From a virus (lineage: Duplodnaviria; Caudoviricetes), in the IMG/VR virus record IMGVR_UViG_3300025530_000016, positions 1 through 53,451 of that record: 53,451 nt of DNA; one strand, written 5' to 3'. This document shows, piece by piece, positions 1-8,385 of the stretch. Numbering within the stretch: the first letter of the stretch is position 1; each line of letters opens with the position of its first letter. The translations under genes were made by a program, and so were the position numbers. The notes beneath the pieces are model-generated. The model did no database searches and was not told where the DNA came from. It saw only the letters and a list, made by a program, of their open reading frames with translations.

Positions 1-19
1 TTGAAAAGGAGTTGTCCAA

Positions 20-343
20 ATGAAACCAGGATGTGGGAAGTGCTTTAAAGTTGCTGAAAGAAACGGCAACGAGTATATCTGTCCATCATGCGGAGATGTG
101 GTTGCACAAATTCCGACGACGTTGAGCGTTGAAGAACAAAATGAACTGCTGAAAAAAGTGGCTGAATCTTACGTGCGAATCATCAACGATCTGGAAGAGG
201 ATTGCGAAAGGTATTTTGATCAACGAAATAGATTGATCGAGTGCTTGCGATTTTACGAGCGTCTAGCACGCGGCAGAGAGATCAATGACGGCGGACGCAG
301 GGCGAGAACATTATTGGCAGAAATCGGGGTGAATGTGGAATGA
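20..343 (+). CDS. Hypothetical protein with CxxC/CPxCG zinc ribbon and coiled coil
   Basis: RBS AAGGAG at 6-11; CGKC...CPSCG; stop overlaps next ATG. Confidence 0.7.
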   Translation: MKPGCGKCFKVAERNGNEYICPSCGDVVAQIPTTLSVEEQNELLKKVAESYVRIINDLEEDCERYFDQRNRLIECLRFYERLARGREINDGGRRARTLLAEIGVNVE

Positions 344-765
344 AAGCAATAACCATATATCAACCTTTTGCGTCGCTGATCGCCCAAGGATTCAAGCGAT
401 ACGAAACGCGAGGCTGGCGGACAAATTATCGCGGCCCGATTGCGATTCATGCAGGGAAGCAGATCGATCATCAAACTGTGCTAATACTAGCAAAGGATTA
501 CACGAAGACATGGCACCAGATTTCTCCATTATCGACCGGATGCGTTATAGCGATCGCGGAATTGGTAGATTGCTGGAAAGTGCTGGACAACCATCTTTTA
601 GAAGCGCAGCCACCTAATGAAAAGAGGGTCAAGTTTTTAAATATGAGAGAACTTCCTTTTGGCGACTACACACCAGGGCGCTATGCTTGGGAATTGGCGA
701 ATGTGTGCAGGATTGAGCCGGTGCCGGTGAAGGGGCAGCAGGGACTTTGGAATTGGGAAGCGTAA
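340..765 (+). CDS. ASCH (PUA-like) domain protein
   Basis: MKAITIYQPFASLIAQGFKRYETRGWRTNYRGPIAIHAG ... GRYAWEL ... PVKGQQGLW is the typical phage ASCH signature. Confidence 0.9.
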   Translation: MKAITIYQPFASLIAQGFKRYETRGWRTNYRGPIAIHAGKQIDHQTVLILAKDYTKTWHQISPLSTGCVIAIAELVDCWKVLDNHLLEAQPPNEKRVKFLNMRELPFGDYTPGRYAWELANVCRIEPVPVKGQQGLWNWEA

Positions 766-769
766 TATA

Positions 770-808
770 AAAATCCGTAGTAAAACCGCATCGAATCGCT
801 AGTATGAT
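770..808 (+). promoter_or_regulatory. Putative activator-dependent late promoter P1
   Basis: AAAATCCGTAGTAAA (770-784), 18 nt, TATGAT (803-808); same architecture recurs 5 times. Confidence 0.75.
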
Positions 809-843
809 CGAAACATAAAGGAATTAAAGAAGGAGTGATTTCG

Positions 844-1461
844 ATGCAAGCGGCCATCATTGAAACTGATGACATTCAGGATACAAAAAAAATACATCAA
901 TTGACATTTTTTGACGATGTAACAGAAGAGGACATCAGAAAAACGAAGTGGCTTTTGGAACGGTACACAGACATGATCGACATATGCAAAAATTATGAGA
1001 TTGCCCAAAAAGAAATCCAGAACGGACTGACGGCATACGAATTGTTGAGCGCTGAAGGTATTGTTGCCAAGCGAGAATCGAGCGAGGACTTGTACGCAAA
1101 CATACCGGCGAATGCGTTGGTTTTAAAGGACAAACGCCATGTCATTTATATGTTTTACAAACGTATTACAAATATCATCCGTCAGGTAGTGGCGAATATC
1201 CGAGATCCGCATGAAGCGTTAATCGCTCAACTGCTTTTCCTCGAAGGAATGAGATACTTGAAGGCTCAGGAGTACATGGAGAAGGGATATCGGAAGGACA
1301 TCTATCCAATTTCAGCGACAACATTCGCGGAAAAGCGGCGGAAGGCAATCACCAACATAGCGAACAGCCTGAAAATAAATGGAACGCTTGATTTGGTGGT
1401 AGTTGAGTACGGACGAGGGCGGAATAAAGAAGGGGAGATAGGATTGCGACTGCCGAATTAA
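844..1461 (+). CDS. ArpU/RinA-like late transcriptional activator (sigma70 region-4-like C-terminus)
   Basis: Last gene before the packaging module; C-terminal IRDPHEALIAQLLFLEGMRY...ISATTFAEKRRKAITNIANSL pattern; RBS AAGGAGTG before ATG 844. Confidence 0.7.
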   Translation: MQAAIIETDDIQDTKKIHQLTFFDDVTEEDIRKTKWLLERYTDMIDICKNYEIAQKEIQNGLTAYELLSAEGIVAKRESSEDLYANIPANALVLKDKRHVIYMFYKRITNIIRQVVANIRDPHEALIAQLLFLEGMRYLKAQEYMEKGYRKDIYPISATTFAEKRRKAITNIANSLKINGTLDLVVVEYGRGRNKEGEIGLRLPN

Positions 1462-1495
1462 AAATCCCCGCTCGATCATTCGGGCGGGGATTTTT
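1461..1495 (+). terminator. Intrinsic terminator (possibly bidirectional)
   Basis: AAAATCCCCGCTCG-loop-CGGGCGGGGA followed by TTTTT. Confidence 0.85.
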
Positions 1496-1522
1496 CGGGT
1501 ATTCGGAGGCCGAGGAATATTG

Positions 1523-1561
1523 AAAATCCGTAGTAAATCAGGATTAAAAAAATGATTCAAT
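1523..1561 (+). promoter_or_regulatory. Putative late promoter P2
   Basis: AAAATCCGTAGTAAA (1523-1537), 18 nt, degenerate extended -10 TGaTTCAAT (1553-1561). Confidence 0.6.
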
Positions 1562-1567
1562 GTAGAA

Positions 1568-1786
1568 AACGAAGAAAATAGCATTTTTCGATTCACTCCC
1601 CGCCTCCCTAAGAAAGTCGCGGACATTCAACCTCGCGGGAGGGGCAAAAGCCCGCAGCGTGTGACTTCCTCCTTTCTGCGTCGATCCCAGGCGCGTAAGG
1701 CGGGGATCGGGACGGCCGGCCCTCCGCCGCAGCGAGAGAGGGAAAAAAGAAAAAGCCCGTCAGGATTGACCTGATTGGGCTTTTTT
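1568..1786 (+). ncRNA. Putative structured non-coding/leader RNA
   Basis: GC-rich non-coding stretch with at least 5 hairpins between P2 and a terminator; anti-SD CCTCCTTTCT at 1668-1677. Confidence 0.55.
1750..1786. terminator. Bidirectional intrinsic terminator
   Basis: AAAAAGCCC-GTCAGG-loop-CCTGATT-GGGCTTTTTT with A-tract upstream and T-tract downstream. Confidence 0.8.
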
Positions 1787-1984
1787 CGCACGCCAGTTTT
1801 TCGGGTGGTCAGGTTGCCGCGGATTAGGGTGGTCTTTCGGGATGACATATGTCTTCCCGATTTTTTTTGCTCTCACTTTGCCCTCGCGGCAAAGGCGTTT
1901 CACACTGTCGGGGTTGTCGTATCCCCACAGTTTCGCGGCCTCCTCGACCCCCATGATTTGATCGAGGATGTCCAAGACGATCAC
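1760..1984 (-). CDS. Small excisionase-like HTH DNA-binding protein, probable repressor of its cassette
   Basis: IMGVEEAAKLWG...SVKRLCREGKVRAKKIGKTYVI is an HTH_17-type pattern. Confidence 0.8.
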   Translation of the reverse strand: MIVLDILDQIMGVEEAAKLWGYDNPDSVKRLCREGKVRAKKIGKTYVIPKDHPNPRQPDHPKNWRAKKAQSGQS

Positions 1985-2020
1985 TCCTTATATAAAAATT
2001 TGGGACCGGTTGGTCCCTTA

Positions 2021-2230
2021 TTATACCATTTGAAACTTGTCAATTTCCTCCTGGAAGCATTCGCGTGCTTCTAGTTCGTTAGGCGTGGTGTATACTTCGG
2101 AAAAACGGTCTTCGCAGTGGATGTATAAATAAACACCGAAGCCGTTTTTGAACTGGACGAGGACGATGGACAATCCATCGTACCCGTAGCCTTCGCGCAA
2201 TTCCTTGCGTTCGATGATTTTCATTTTCAA
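2021..2230 (-). CDS. Hypothetical protein
   Basis: RBS AAGGAG upstream; co-oriented within the reverse cassette. Confidence 0.65.
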   Translation of the reverse strand: MKMKIIERKELREGYGYDGLSIVLVQFKNGFGVYLYIHCEDRFSEVYTTPNELEARECFQEEIDKFQMV

Positions 2231-2309
2231 TACTCTCCTTTTTATGATATATTGGAGAGGCCGGGGGACTCGCCAAAGTTTTTCCGGCCTCGAGGTCGCT
2301 TGCTGACTT

Positions 2310-2831
2310 TCAGCGGGCGGCCTTTTCTATTTGTTGGACAAATTGCAGGATATTTTCGCCTTTCTTGGCGCGCCCGATGAGGTTTGAGGCTTCTGCTTTT
2401 GTCATAATCCAATCACGGGTGTCAAGCTTTGTAATGCAGTGGAGCGCCCAGAGTTGCTTTTTCGTTGCCGGTTCATCCGGATTGAGCATCACGACGTTTG
2501 ACGGGGCGGGAGCAGGCTTATTCGATTTAGCAGTAGCGGGATGGTACGTCTCCGCGCCGCGTTTTGTTTGTTGCTTGTTGTAGGCTTCCAGGACTTGCGG
2601 GTAATATTTGTTATTTGGCGTTACCCGGATGCGGTCCTTTTCGAAGTAGTCAGTCATCGCATCGGAATCATTTTCGATTTGCAGGCCTTCGATTTGAGGG
2701 AATCCCATGTAATCCCTCGCGTATATCGTAATCGTGCCTTTCGGGAAACCGTGAAGGGGGGACAGCGAGTACCAACCTTTATAAAGTTTCCCGTCTACCT
2801 TGATGCCGTTGTACATAAATTTAACCGTCAT
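2310..2831 (-). CDS. Hypothetical early phage protein
   Basis: Start moved to ATG 2831 (MTVKF) because the sigA promoter lies at 2866-2894; two domains joined by a Pro/Ala linker. Confidence 0.75.
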   Translation of the reverse strand: MTVKFMYNGIKVDGKLYKGWYSLSPLHGFPKGTITIYARDYMGFPQIEGLQIENDSDAMTDYFEKDRIRVTPNNKYYPQVLEAYNKQQTKRGAETYHPATAKSNKPAPAPSNVVMLNPDEPATKKQLWALHCITKLDTRDWIMTKAEASNLIGRAKKGENILQFVQQIEKAAR

Positions 2832-2865
2832 TGTTTCATCAGTCCTTTCCTTGATTTCTAATGTC

Positions 2866-2894
2866 ATTATATCATGTCCTATGACGGACATCAA
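2866..2894 (-). promoter_or_regulatory. Strong sigA-type promoter with palindromic operator
   Basis: Minus strand TTGATG-17nt-TATAAT with extended TG; perfect inverted repeat ATGTCC-N6-GGACAT at 2874-2891. Confidence 0.8.
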
Positions 2895-2935
2895 GACGAA
2901 ATATAAAAAATTTTTTAGTTTTTGGGGTGATACAA

Positions 2936-3922
2936 ATGGGGCGCCAAAGGGATCCGAAACGGGACAAAGCCTTCGAAATGTGGAAGTCGAGCGACGGGAA
3001 AATGAATCTCGTTGATATTGCTTCCGCTCTTGGCGTTCCAGAAGGAACGGTCAGGGGGTGGAAGGCAAAGGATAGATGGGATGACCGTCTCTCAGGAAAA
3101 ACAGTTCCGGAACGCTCCGAAACACATCAAAAAAAAGAACGGAGCGCTCCGAAAAATAAAACGGAACGCTCCAATAATTCGGAACGTTCCAAAAAGGAAA
3201 AAGAACAGAGCGAAAGGGATTTTAATTTTGAAATAGAGAACGACGGATTGACCGATAAGCAAAGGCTTTTTTGTATCTATTATGTGAAATATTGGAATGC
3301 CGGTAAGGCTGCGAAAAAGGCCGGATACAATTGCAGTTATCCAAATGGGTTCTATGAAATTGGGTGTCAACTGCTCAAGCATCCTCAAGTTAGGGCGGAA
3401 ATCGACCGCATAAAGAAAAGTATCGTCGATAATATTGCGATTGAGGCTATGGCGGTGTTCCAGAAGTACATCGACATAGCTTTTTCTGACATTACCGACT
3501 ATGTGAAATTTGGACAGAGACAGGAACAAGTCATAGGCGCGTTTGGGCCTGTTTATGAGGGCAAGGGTAAAGACAAAAAGCCAGTAATGCAAACGGTGAA
3601 CTATATCGATTTGTCCGAATCATCAGAGGTCGACGGATCGCTTATAACTGAAGTAAAACAAGGTAAAGATGGAATATCCATAAAACTGGCCGATAAGATG
3701 AAAGCATTAGAATTTTTAACGAAATATTTCGACTTGTTGCCCGATCACCACAAACGTCGAATCGAAGAGGAACGGCTTAAAATTGATCGCGAACGCCTGG
3801 AACTGGACAAAAAGAAAGCGGCCGGCGAAGGCGATGTAGATAGCGAGTTGGTGGACGATTGGGCTGAGGCGGTGATGGGTGACGATGACGACGGAGATTT
3901 CGGCGAAGAGATTGAAGCGTAA
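2936..3922 (+). CDS. terS: Terminase small subunit
   Basis: N-terminal HTH (RDKAFEMWK...IASALGVPEGTVRGWKAKDRW); LTDKQRLFCIYY...NAGKAAKKAGY and IKLADKMKALEFL motifs; precedes terL. Confidence 0.92.
   Translation: MGRQRDPKRDKAFEMWKSSDGKMNLVDIASALGVPEGTVRGWKAKDRWDDRLSGKTVPERSETHQKKERSAPKNKTERSNNSERSKKEKEQSERDFNFEIENDGLTDKQRLFCIYYVKYWNAGKAAKKAGYNCSYPNGFYEIGCQLLKHPQVRAEIDRIKKSIVDNIAIEAMAVFQKYIDIAFSDITDYVKFGQRQEQVIGAFGPVYEGKGKDKKPVMQTVNYIDLSESSEVDGSLITEVKQGKDGISIKLADKMKALEFLTKYFDLLPDHHKRRIEEERLKIDRERLELDKKKAAGEGDVDSELVDDWAEAVMGDDDDGDFGEEIEA
3109..3190. repeat. Four near-palindromic GGARCGYTCC repeats inside terS, candidate pac site
   Basis: Copies at 3109, 3141, 3163, 3181. Confidence 0.6.
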
Positions 3923-5309
3923 AGCGGCATTCAAAAAACGTATTCCAGAGTACCGGCGAAACCCGGTACTTTTTTGTCGGGAAATGCTCCGATTTAATCC
4001 GGATCCGTGGCAAGAAAAAGTATTGCGCGATATTGCCGAACATCGTCGCGTATCGGTCCGATCGGGTCAAGGCTGCGGAAAAACAGCGCTTGAATCGGCT
4101 GTCATTCTGTGGTTCCTGTGTTGCTTCCCGTTTCCGAAAGTTATCGCAACGGCTCCGACGCGGCAACAGCTTCAAGATGTGCTATGGGCAGAAATTTCGA
4201 AGTGGCAGCAGCGCAGTCCGATCCTAAAGCGCATTCTGAAATGGACAAAAACAAAAATTTACATGCAAAAATATGAGGAACGCTGGTTCGCAACTGCCAG
4301 GACGGCAACGAAACCGGAAAACATGCAAGGCTTCCACGAAGACTATATGCTTTTCGTAGTTGATGAAGCCTCCGGCGTCGCAGATCCGATCATGGAGGCA
4401 ATCCTTGGTACGTTGTCCGGCCCGCACAACAAGTTGCTGATGTGCGGTAACCCGACAAGGACGAGCGGTATTTTTTACGACAGCCATAATAGGGATCGGG
4501 AAATGTTCCGGACGCATAAAGTGTCCGCTCTCGATTCGCCGCGCACATCGAAAGAGAATATCGAAATGCTGAAAAAAAAGTACGGCGAAGGGTCCGACTT
4601 GTGGCGTGTTCGTGTTCTTGGAGAATTTCCCAGAGGGGAATCTGATTCGTTTATTTCGCTTGAGTTAGCGGAACATGCAAAGGACGAGGTTCGAATTGAG
4701 CCGGTGGGAGATACACTTTTTGTAGGTGTTGACGTTGCACGGTTTGGTGATGATGAAACAGTCATTTATGCCAGAATTGGCGGGAAGGTGGTAGATGCTC
4801 ATTACCATCATAAAGAGGGGACAATGGTCACGGCCGGCTGGGTATTGCATATGATTGATCGCGTCAAGGAAAAATACCCGAACATCTCAACAGTCGAAAT
4901 CCGAATCGACGATGGTGGATTAGGTGGCGGCGTTACAGATAGACTGAACGAAGTTAACGAAGAACGCGGCTTAGGATACGATATTATACCTTGCCTCAAC
5001 GGAGCCGCGGCGAACGATGAACATTACGGAAATCTTGGATCGGAACTTTGGGGTCAAGTCCGGGATATGCTTGAGGAAAACATGTCGAATTTCATGCTTG
5101 GGCAACCTGGAGTGATCGAACTTCCGGACGATGAAAAACTGGTCGCACAGCTTACGACGCGCAAATGGCGCATGGGATCGAATGGGCGGATTTATCTGGA
5201 ACGTAAAGAAGACATGAAAAAGCGCGGCCTATCTTCACCAGACCGGGCCGACGCTTTTGTTTTGGCGTTTGCGAATGTTGAGAATGAATCAGGGTTTGCA
5301 TTTGGATAA
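3879..5309 (+). CDS. terL: Terminase large subunit
   Basis: Walker A SGQGCGKT, Walker B FVVDEASG, GNPT, nuclease GVDVARFGDD and SPDRADA. Confidence 0.95.
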   Translation: MTMTTEISAKRLKRKAAFKKRIPEYRRNPVLFCREMLRFNPDPWQEKVLRDIAEHRRVSVRSGQGCGKTALESAVILWFLCCFPFPKVIATAPTRQQLQDVLWAEISKWQQRSPILKRILKWTKTKIYMQKYEERWFATARTATKPENMQGFHEDYMLFVVDEASGVADPIMEAILGTLSGPHNKLLMCGNPTRTSGIFYDSHNRDREMFRTHKVSALDSPRTSKENIEMLKKKYGEGSDLWRVRVLGEFPRGESDSFISLELAEHAKDEVRIEPVGDTLFVGVDVARFGDDETVIYARIGGKVVDAHYHHKEGTMVTAGWVLHMIDRVKEKYPNISTVEIRIDDGGLGGGVTDRLNEVNEERGLGYDIIPCLNGAAANDEHYGNLGSELWGQVRDMLEENMSNFMLGQPGVIELPDDEKLVAQLTTRKWRMGSNGRIYLERKEDMKKRGLSSPDRADAFVLAFANVENESGFAFG

Positions 5310-5672
5310 TCATTGGGAGAAAAATACTTCTGACGATAAAGGGGACCAACTTAAAGAACGTACCGGTCTAACAGGCCTTACTTGTCTTACGGATTTAACC
5401 GGCCTAACACCTTTAACTCCCTTTGTGGGGCGAGCACCTTTTACTGGTTTAACAGGCCCACCAGATGCAAACTGGGTGAAGAATACACACATTCCATTAT
5501 TGTCTCTAACCCATCCATCATTAAATCGTCCAAGATGTTTTCCAGAATAAGAATATACAGAGTCCTCATAAAAATAAGCGACAGGTTTTCCGTTAAATAG
5601 ATAGATATGCTCTCCATCTTCGCAATAACAAATAGGTTTTCCGGCTCTGTTGTAAAATGTTAAATAATCCAT
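5310..5672 (-). CDS. 4-fold beta-flower domain protein with basic PV(K/R) repeat tail (moron)
   Basis: Repeated (F/Y)YxxxGKxxxY units then PVKPVKGARPTKGVKGVRPVK...; RBS AGGAGG. Confidence 0.7.
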   Translation of the reverse strand: MDYLTFYNRAGKPICYCEDGEHIYLFNGKPVAYFYEDSVYSYSGKHLGRFNDGWVRDNNGMCVFFTQFASGGPVKPVKGARPTKGVKGVRPVKSVRQVRPVRPVRSLSWSPLSSEVFFSQ

Positions 5673-5766
5673 TGTCCCTACCTCCTTTTATTCATAAGTC
5701 AAATTTCAATAAGCAATCACCATTTTCCTGCATAATATGGAGGAAATCACTTCCTAATGTCGAAGT

Positions 5767-6411
5767 ATGACGGCGGGAGGTGATTATAAGTTGCGTTTTT
5801 TAAAGATAATGACACGAATATTAATAAATGTGATGTTGTTACTTATTATCGCATCTCTTATTTTGACAATTGTATATTTAGTTAAGGTAACGTTCCCATC
5901 GTTAGATGTAAAAGGATGGGATATTTTGGCGTTTATGGGTTCGATAATTGGCGGAATCATAACATTTTTTGGGGTAAAATATACAATTAAACGTGATGAC
6001 ACTCAAAAAATACTAAATGATTACCCAATTAAAACGCGTAGATTAGACAATTTAACTAGAAAAATCAAAGATGAATTATTGCAAGAATTGGATAGAGAAA
6101 ATTTTGATAAAATTAAATTATGTATATCAGAATTAATGGATGAAGCCTCGCTGATTGATGGTGAAGTATATGTTCATGTGCTTGTTATTGAAAGACATTT
6201 TCTAGAATTGTTTTTACCAAAACTCCATTATGAGACGGATGAATTGGGACAAATGATATTAGTTAAAGATGTTGAATTTAAGCAATCATTGTATGAATTT
6301 AAAACGATAGTTAATCTTTCACTGAATTTTTTTAAAGCTCATAGAGAAAGGTTGTCCAATATATATTGGAACAAATACAAGAAATTCATTGGTGTTACTC
6401 CAAAAAACTAA
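5767..6411 (+). CDS. AT-rich two-TM membrane protein (moron)
   Basis: Two hydrophobic helices incl. FMGSIIGGIITFFGVKYTI followed by a helical domain; markedly AT-rich; true start may be TTG 5791. Confidence 0.75.
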   Translation: MTAGGDYKLRFLKIMTRILINVMLLLIIASLILTIVYLVKVTFPSLDVKGWDILAFMGSIIGGIITFFGVKYTIKRDDTQKILNDYPIKTRRLDNLTRKIKDELLQELDRENFDKIKLCISELMDEASLIDGEVYVHVLVIERHFLELFLPKLHYETDELGQMILVKDVEFKQSLYEFKTIVNLSLNFFKAHRERLSNIYWNKYKKFIGVTPKN

Positions 6412-6420
6412 CAAACAAAT

Positions 6421-6459
6421 AAAATCCGTAGTAAACACGTATTTTCATCATGTTATAGT
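6421..6459 (+). promoter_or_regulatory. Putative late promoter P3
   Basis: AAAATCCGTAGTAAA (6421-6435), 18 nt, TG-T-TATAGT (6454-6459). Confidence 0.75.
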
Positions 6460-6490
6460 TTAGATGGATGATTATGAGGAGAGATAATTC

Positions 6491-6715
6491 TTGGATGATG
6501 CATTTAAGGACATCATAGAAATATTTCGAAGCGGCGCATTTGCTATATTGAAGATGCTTATATTGTACATCATCCTACCTGAATTTATCGGTATTCTTGT
6601 ATTCGGGTGGATATTGCGAATCCGGGGCAAACTATTGTCGCTATTACTGGTTGGGGTTACTTTTTTGGGATTTTACTTTTTCGTGGCTCATGAATTACCA
6701 AAATTAACAGAATAG
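6491..6715 (+). CDS. Small membrane protein
   Basis: RBS GAGGAG, TTG start, 2 hydrophobic segments. Confidence 0.7.
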   Translation: MDDAFKDIIEIFRSGAFAILKMLILYIILPEFIGILVFGWILRIRGKLLSLLLVGVTFLGFYFFVAHELPKLTE

Positions 6716-6737
6716 AATAGGATGTAATTTGTTACTT

Positions 6738-6771
6738 GAGCGCTGGCATTATGTCGGCGCTTTTTGTATTT
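6738..6771 (+). terminator. Intrinsic terminator-like hairpin
   Basis: GAGCGCTGGCAT-T-ATGTCGGCGC-TTTTTGTATTT. Confidence 0.65.
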
Positions 6772-6797
6772 CTAATGGACGGATAGGAGGATATCGA

Positions 6798-7262
6798 ATG
6801 GTTCAGCTTGCTTTAGATATTCCTCAATACGGTCCTTGGATGGTTACACACAAAGGTGATATCGCCTGCCGAATGCTTGCGGATCGTCATTATTCGAGGC
6901 AGACAGTCGGACATCCGATGTTTACTCGTCCAGGACGTAACCTTGTATTGCGAACTTCGAAAGGGGATGCGGTTTGGGTTACATGGCAGGGTGTTCGGGA
7001 TGATGGTTTAAACGCTTGGGAATGTACGATATTCCGCAACGAAGCGCCGGACCGTTACCGCAGTTCGGATATGATTCGTGCGGCTATAGACGCAACATTG
7101 AACGAATGGGGAACGCCGCCGCGGGATGGCATAATCACATACGTCGATCAATCGAAAGTCCGGAGCAAAAATCCGGGCTTTTGTTTTTTGAAAGCTGGTT
7201 TTAGGAAGATCGGTCAAAGCAAGAAGCGTGGTCTTATTCTTCTTCAGTGGTTGCCGCAATAA
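6798..7262 (+). CDS. Mom/XF1762-like GNAT-fold protein, candidate DNA-modifying acyltransferase
   Basis: RHYSR, CTIFRNE, SSDMIRAA, IITYVD, NPGFCFLKAGF resemble the Mom-family pattern; RBS AGGAGG. Confidence 0.6.
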   Translation: MVQLALDIPQYGPWMVTHKGDIACRMLADRHYSRQTVGHPMFTRPGRNLVLRTSKGDAVWVTWQGVRDDGLNAWECTIFRNEAPDRYRSSDMIRAAIDATLNEWGTPPRDGIITYVDQSKVRSKNPGFCFLKAGFRKIGQSKKRGLILLQWLPQ

Positions 7263-7341
7263 GAGTATCTATAATATTTGTGTTTGGTTGATCGCAAGAT
7301 CGGGAAACGCTCAAGTATGTTGCAGGGGTGGGGGCAGAGCG

Positions 7342-8385
7342 ATGCGAAAAAAATATACACAATGGACGGAAGATGAAACGGAAGCGTTGAAACGTCTGAT
7401 ACGCGAAGAACCTGAACAGACGTATGACCACTATTGCCGGAAGATGGAGGCTGTATTTGGTAGGCCGTACACGGTTGACAGTGTGCGAAAGAAAATAAAG
7501 CGAATGAACATCACGTACATAGATCAGAAAAACGCAAAGGAACATGATGTTGGAGAATTGCTGAAAATCCTCATACAAGCGCAGAAAAAACTACAGGACT
7601 TTGATGACCGTCAGACGGAAGTCGCAATCACGATAGATGACGACAAACCGATAGGTCTTGTATTTAGCGGCGACTGGCATATAGGTGGACTTTATACGGA
7701 TCATGAGATGATGTTGGAGGATTTCCGCACATATCGGGACACAGATGGTCTATATGTTGTTGGGATGGGTGACTACACGGACAATTACATTACGCGATCC
7801 CATCCGGGCGGGATGTTTGATCAGATCATTACACCAGACAATCAGCGCGAGATATGCGAACATTTGATAGACGAGTATCTAGCCGAAAGATTGCTTGTTA
7901 TGCTCAAGGGCAATCACGACAATTGGGAATTGAAAGAAACAGGCGAAGATTTTGTAAAATATCTAGCAAGAAAAGCGGGAGTGCCGTATTTGTGGTACGG
8001 CGGGGAAATCACGCTGAATCTTGGCGGCATGGAATATAAGATACACGCCCATCATTCATACCGGTATAACTCCAGTTTGAACACGACGAACAGCCAGCGT
8101 AACCTGTTTGCAAACACGCACGCGGATATTATAGCGTTGGGACATTTGCATTACAACGAAGTACACGCAAAATCATCCGCGAACAAAGATACCGTCTGGA
8201 TGCGGACGGGCAGTTACAAAATCACAGATGACTATAGCCAATGGATTGGAGCGTTTAGGGCAGACGCACGAAGTCCGTTGGCTATTTTGTTTCCGGGCGT
8301 GAAAAAGATCGTGCCGTTTCGGGATTATCGGGATGGTATAGATTATTTGAAGATGGTGAGGGGTGATGTGGTTGTACGACGTTAA
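7342..8385 (+). CDS. Calcineurin-like metallophosphoesterase with N-terminal HTH-like domain
   Basis: DWH, GDYTD, GNHD, HAHH and GHLH metal-binding motifs. Confidence 0.9.
   Translation: MRKKYTQWTEDETEALKRLIREEPEQTYDHYCRKMEAVFGRPYTVDSVRKKIKRMNITYIDQKNAKEHDVGELLKILIQAQKKLQDFDDRQTEVAITIDDDKPIGLVFSGDWHIGGLYTDHEMMLEDFRTYRDTDGLYVVGMGDYTDNYITRSHPGGMFDQIITPDNQREICEHLIDEYLAERLLVMLKGNHDNWELKETGEDFVKYLARKAGVPYLWYGGEITLNLGGMEYKIHAHHSYRYNSSLNTTNSQRNLFANTHADIIALGHLHYNEVHAKSSANKDTVWMRTGSYKITDDYSQWIGAFRADARSPLAILFPGVKKIVPFRDYRDGIDYLKMVRGDVVVRR

Noticed and set aside
340-765. Functional link between the ASCH protein and the Mom-like GNAT (acetyl removal/addition)
   Set aside because: Genes are 6 kb apart in different transcription units and ASCH genes are common in phages; speculation only
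1627-1848. 73-aa minus ORF and AGAAAGGAGG on the minus strand
   Set aside because: Overlaps the HTH gene and terminator; no start codon at RBS distance from the AGGAGG
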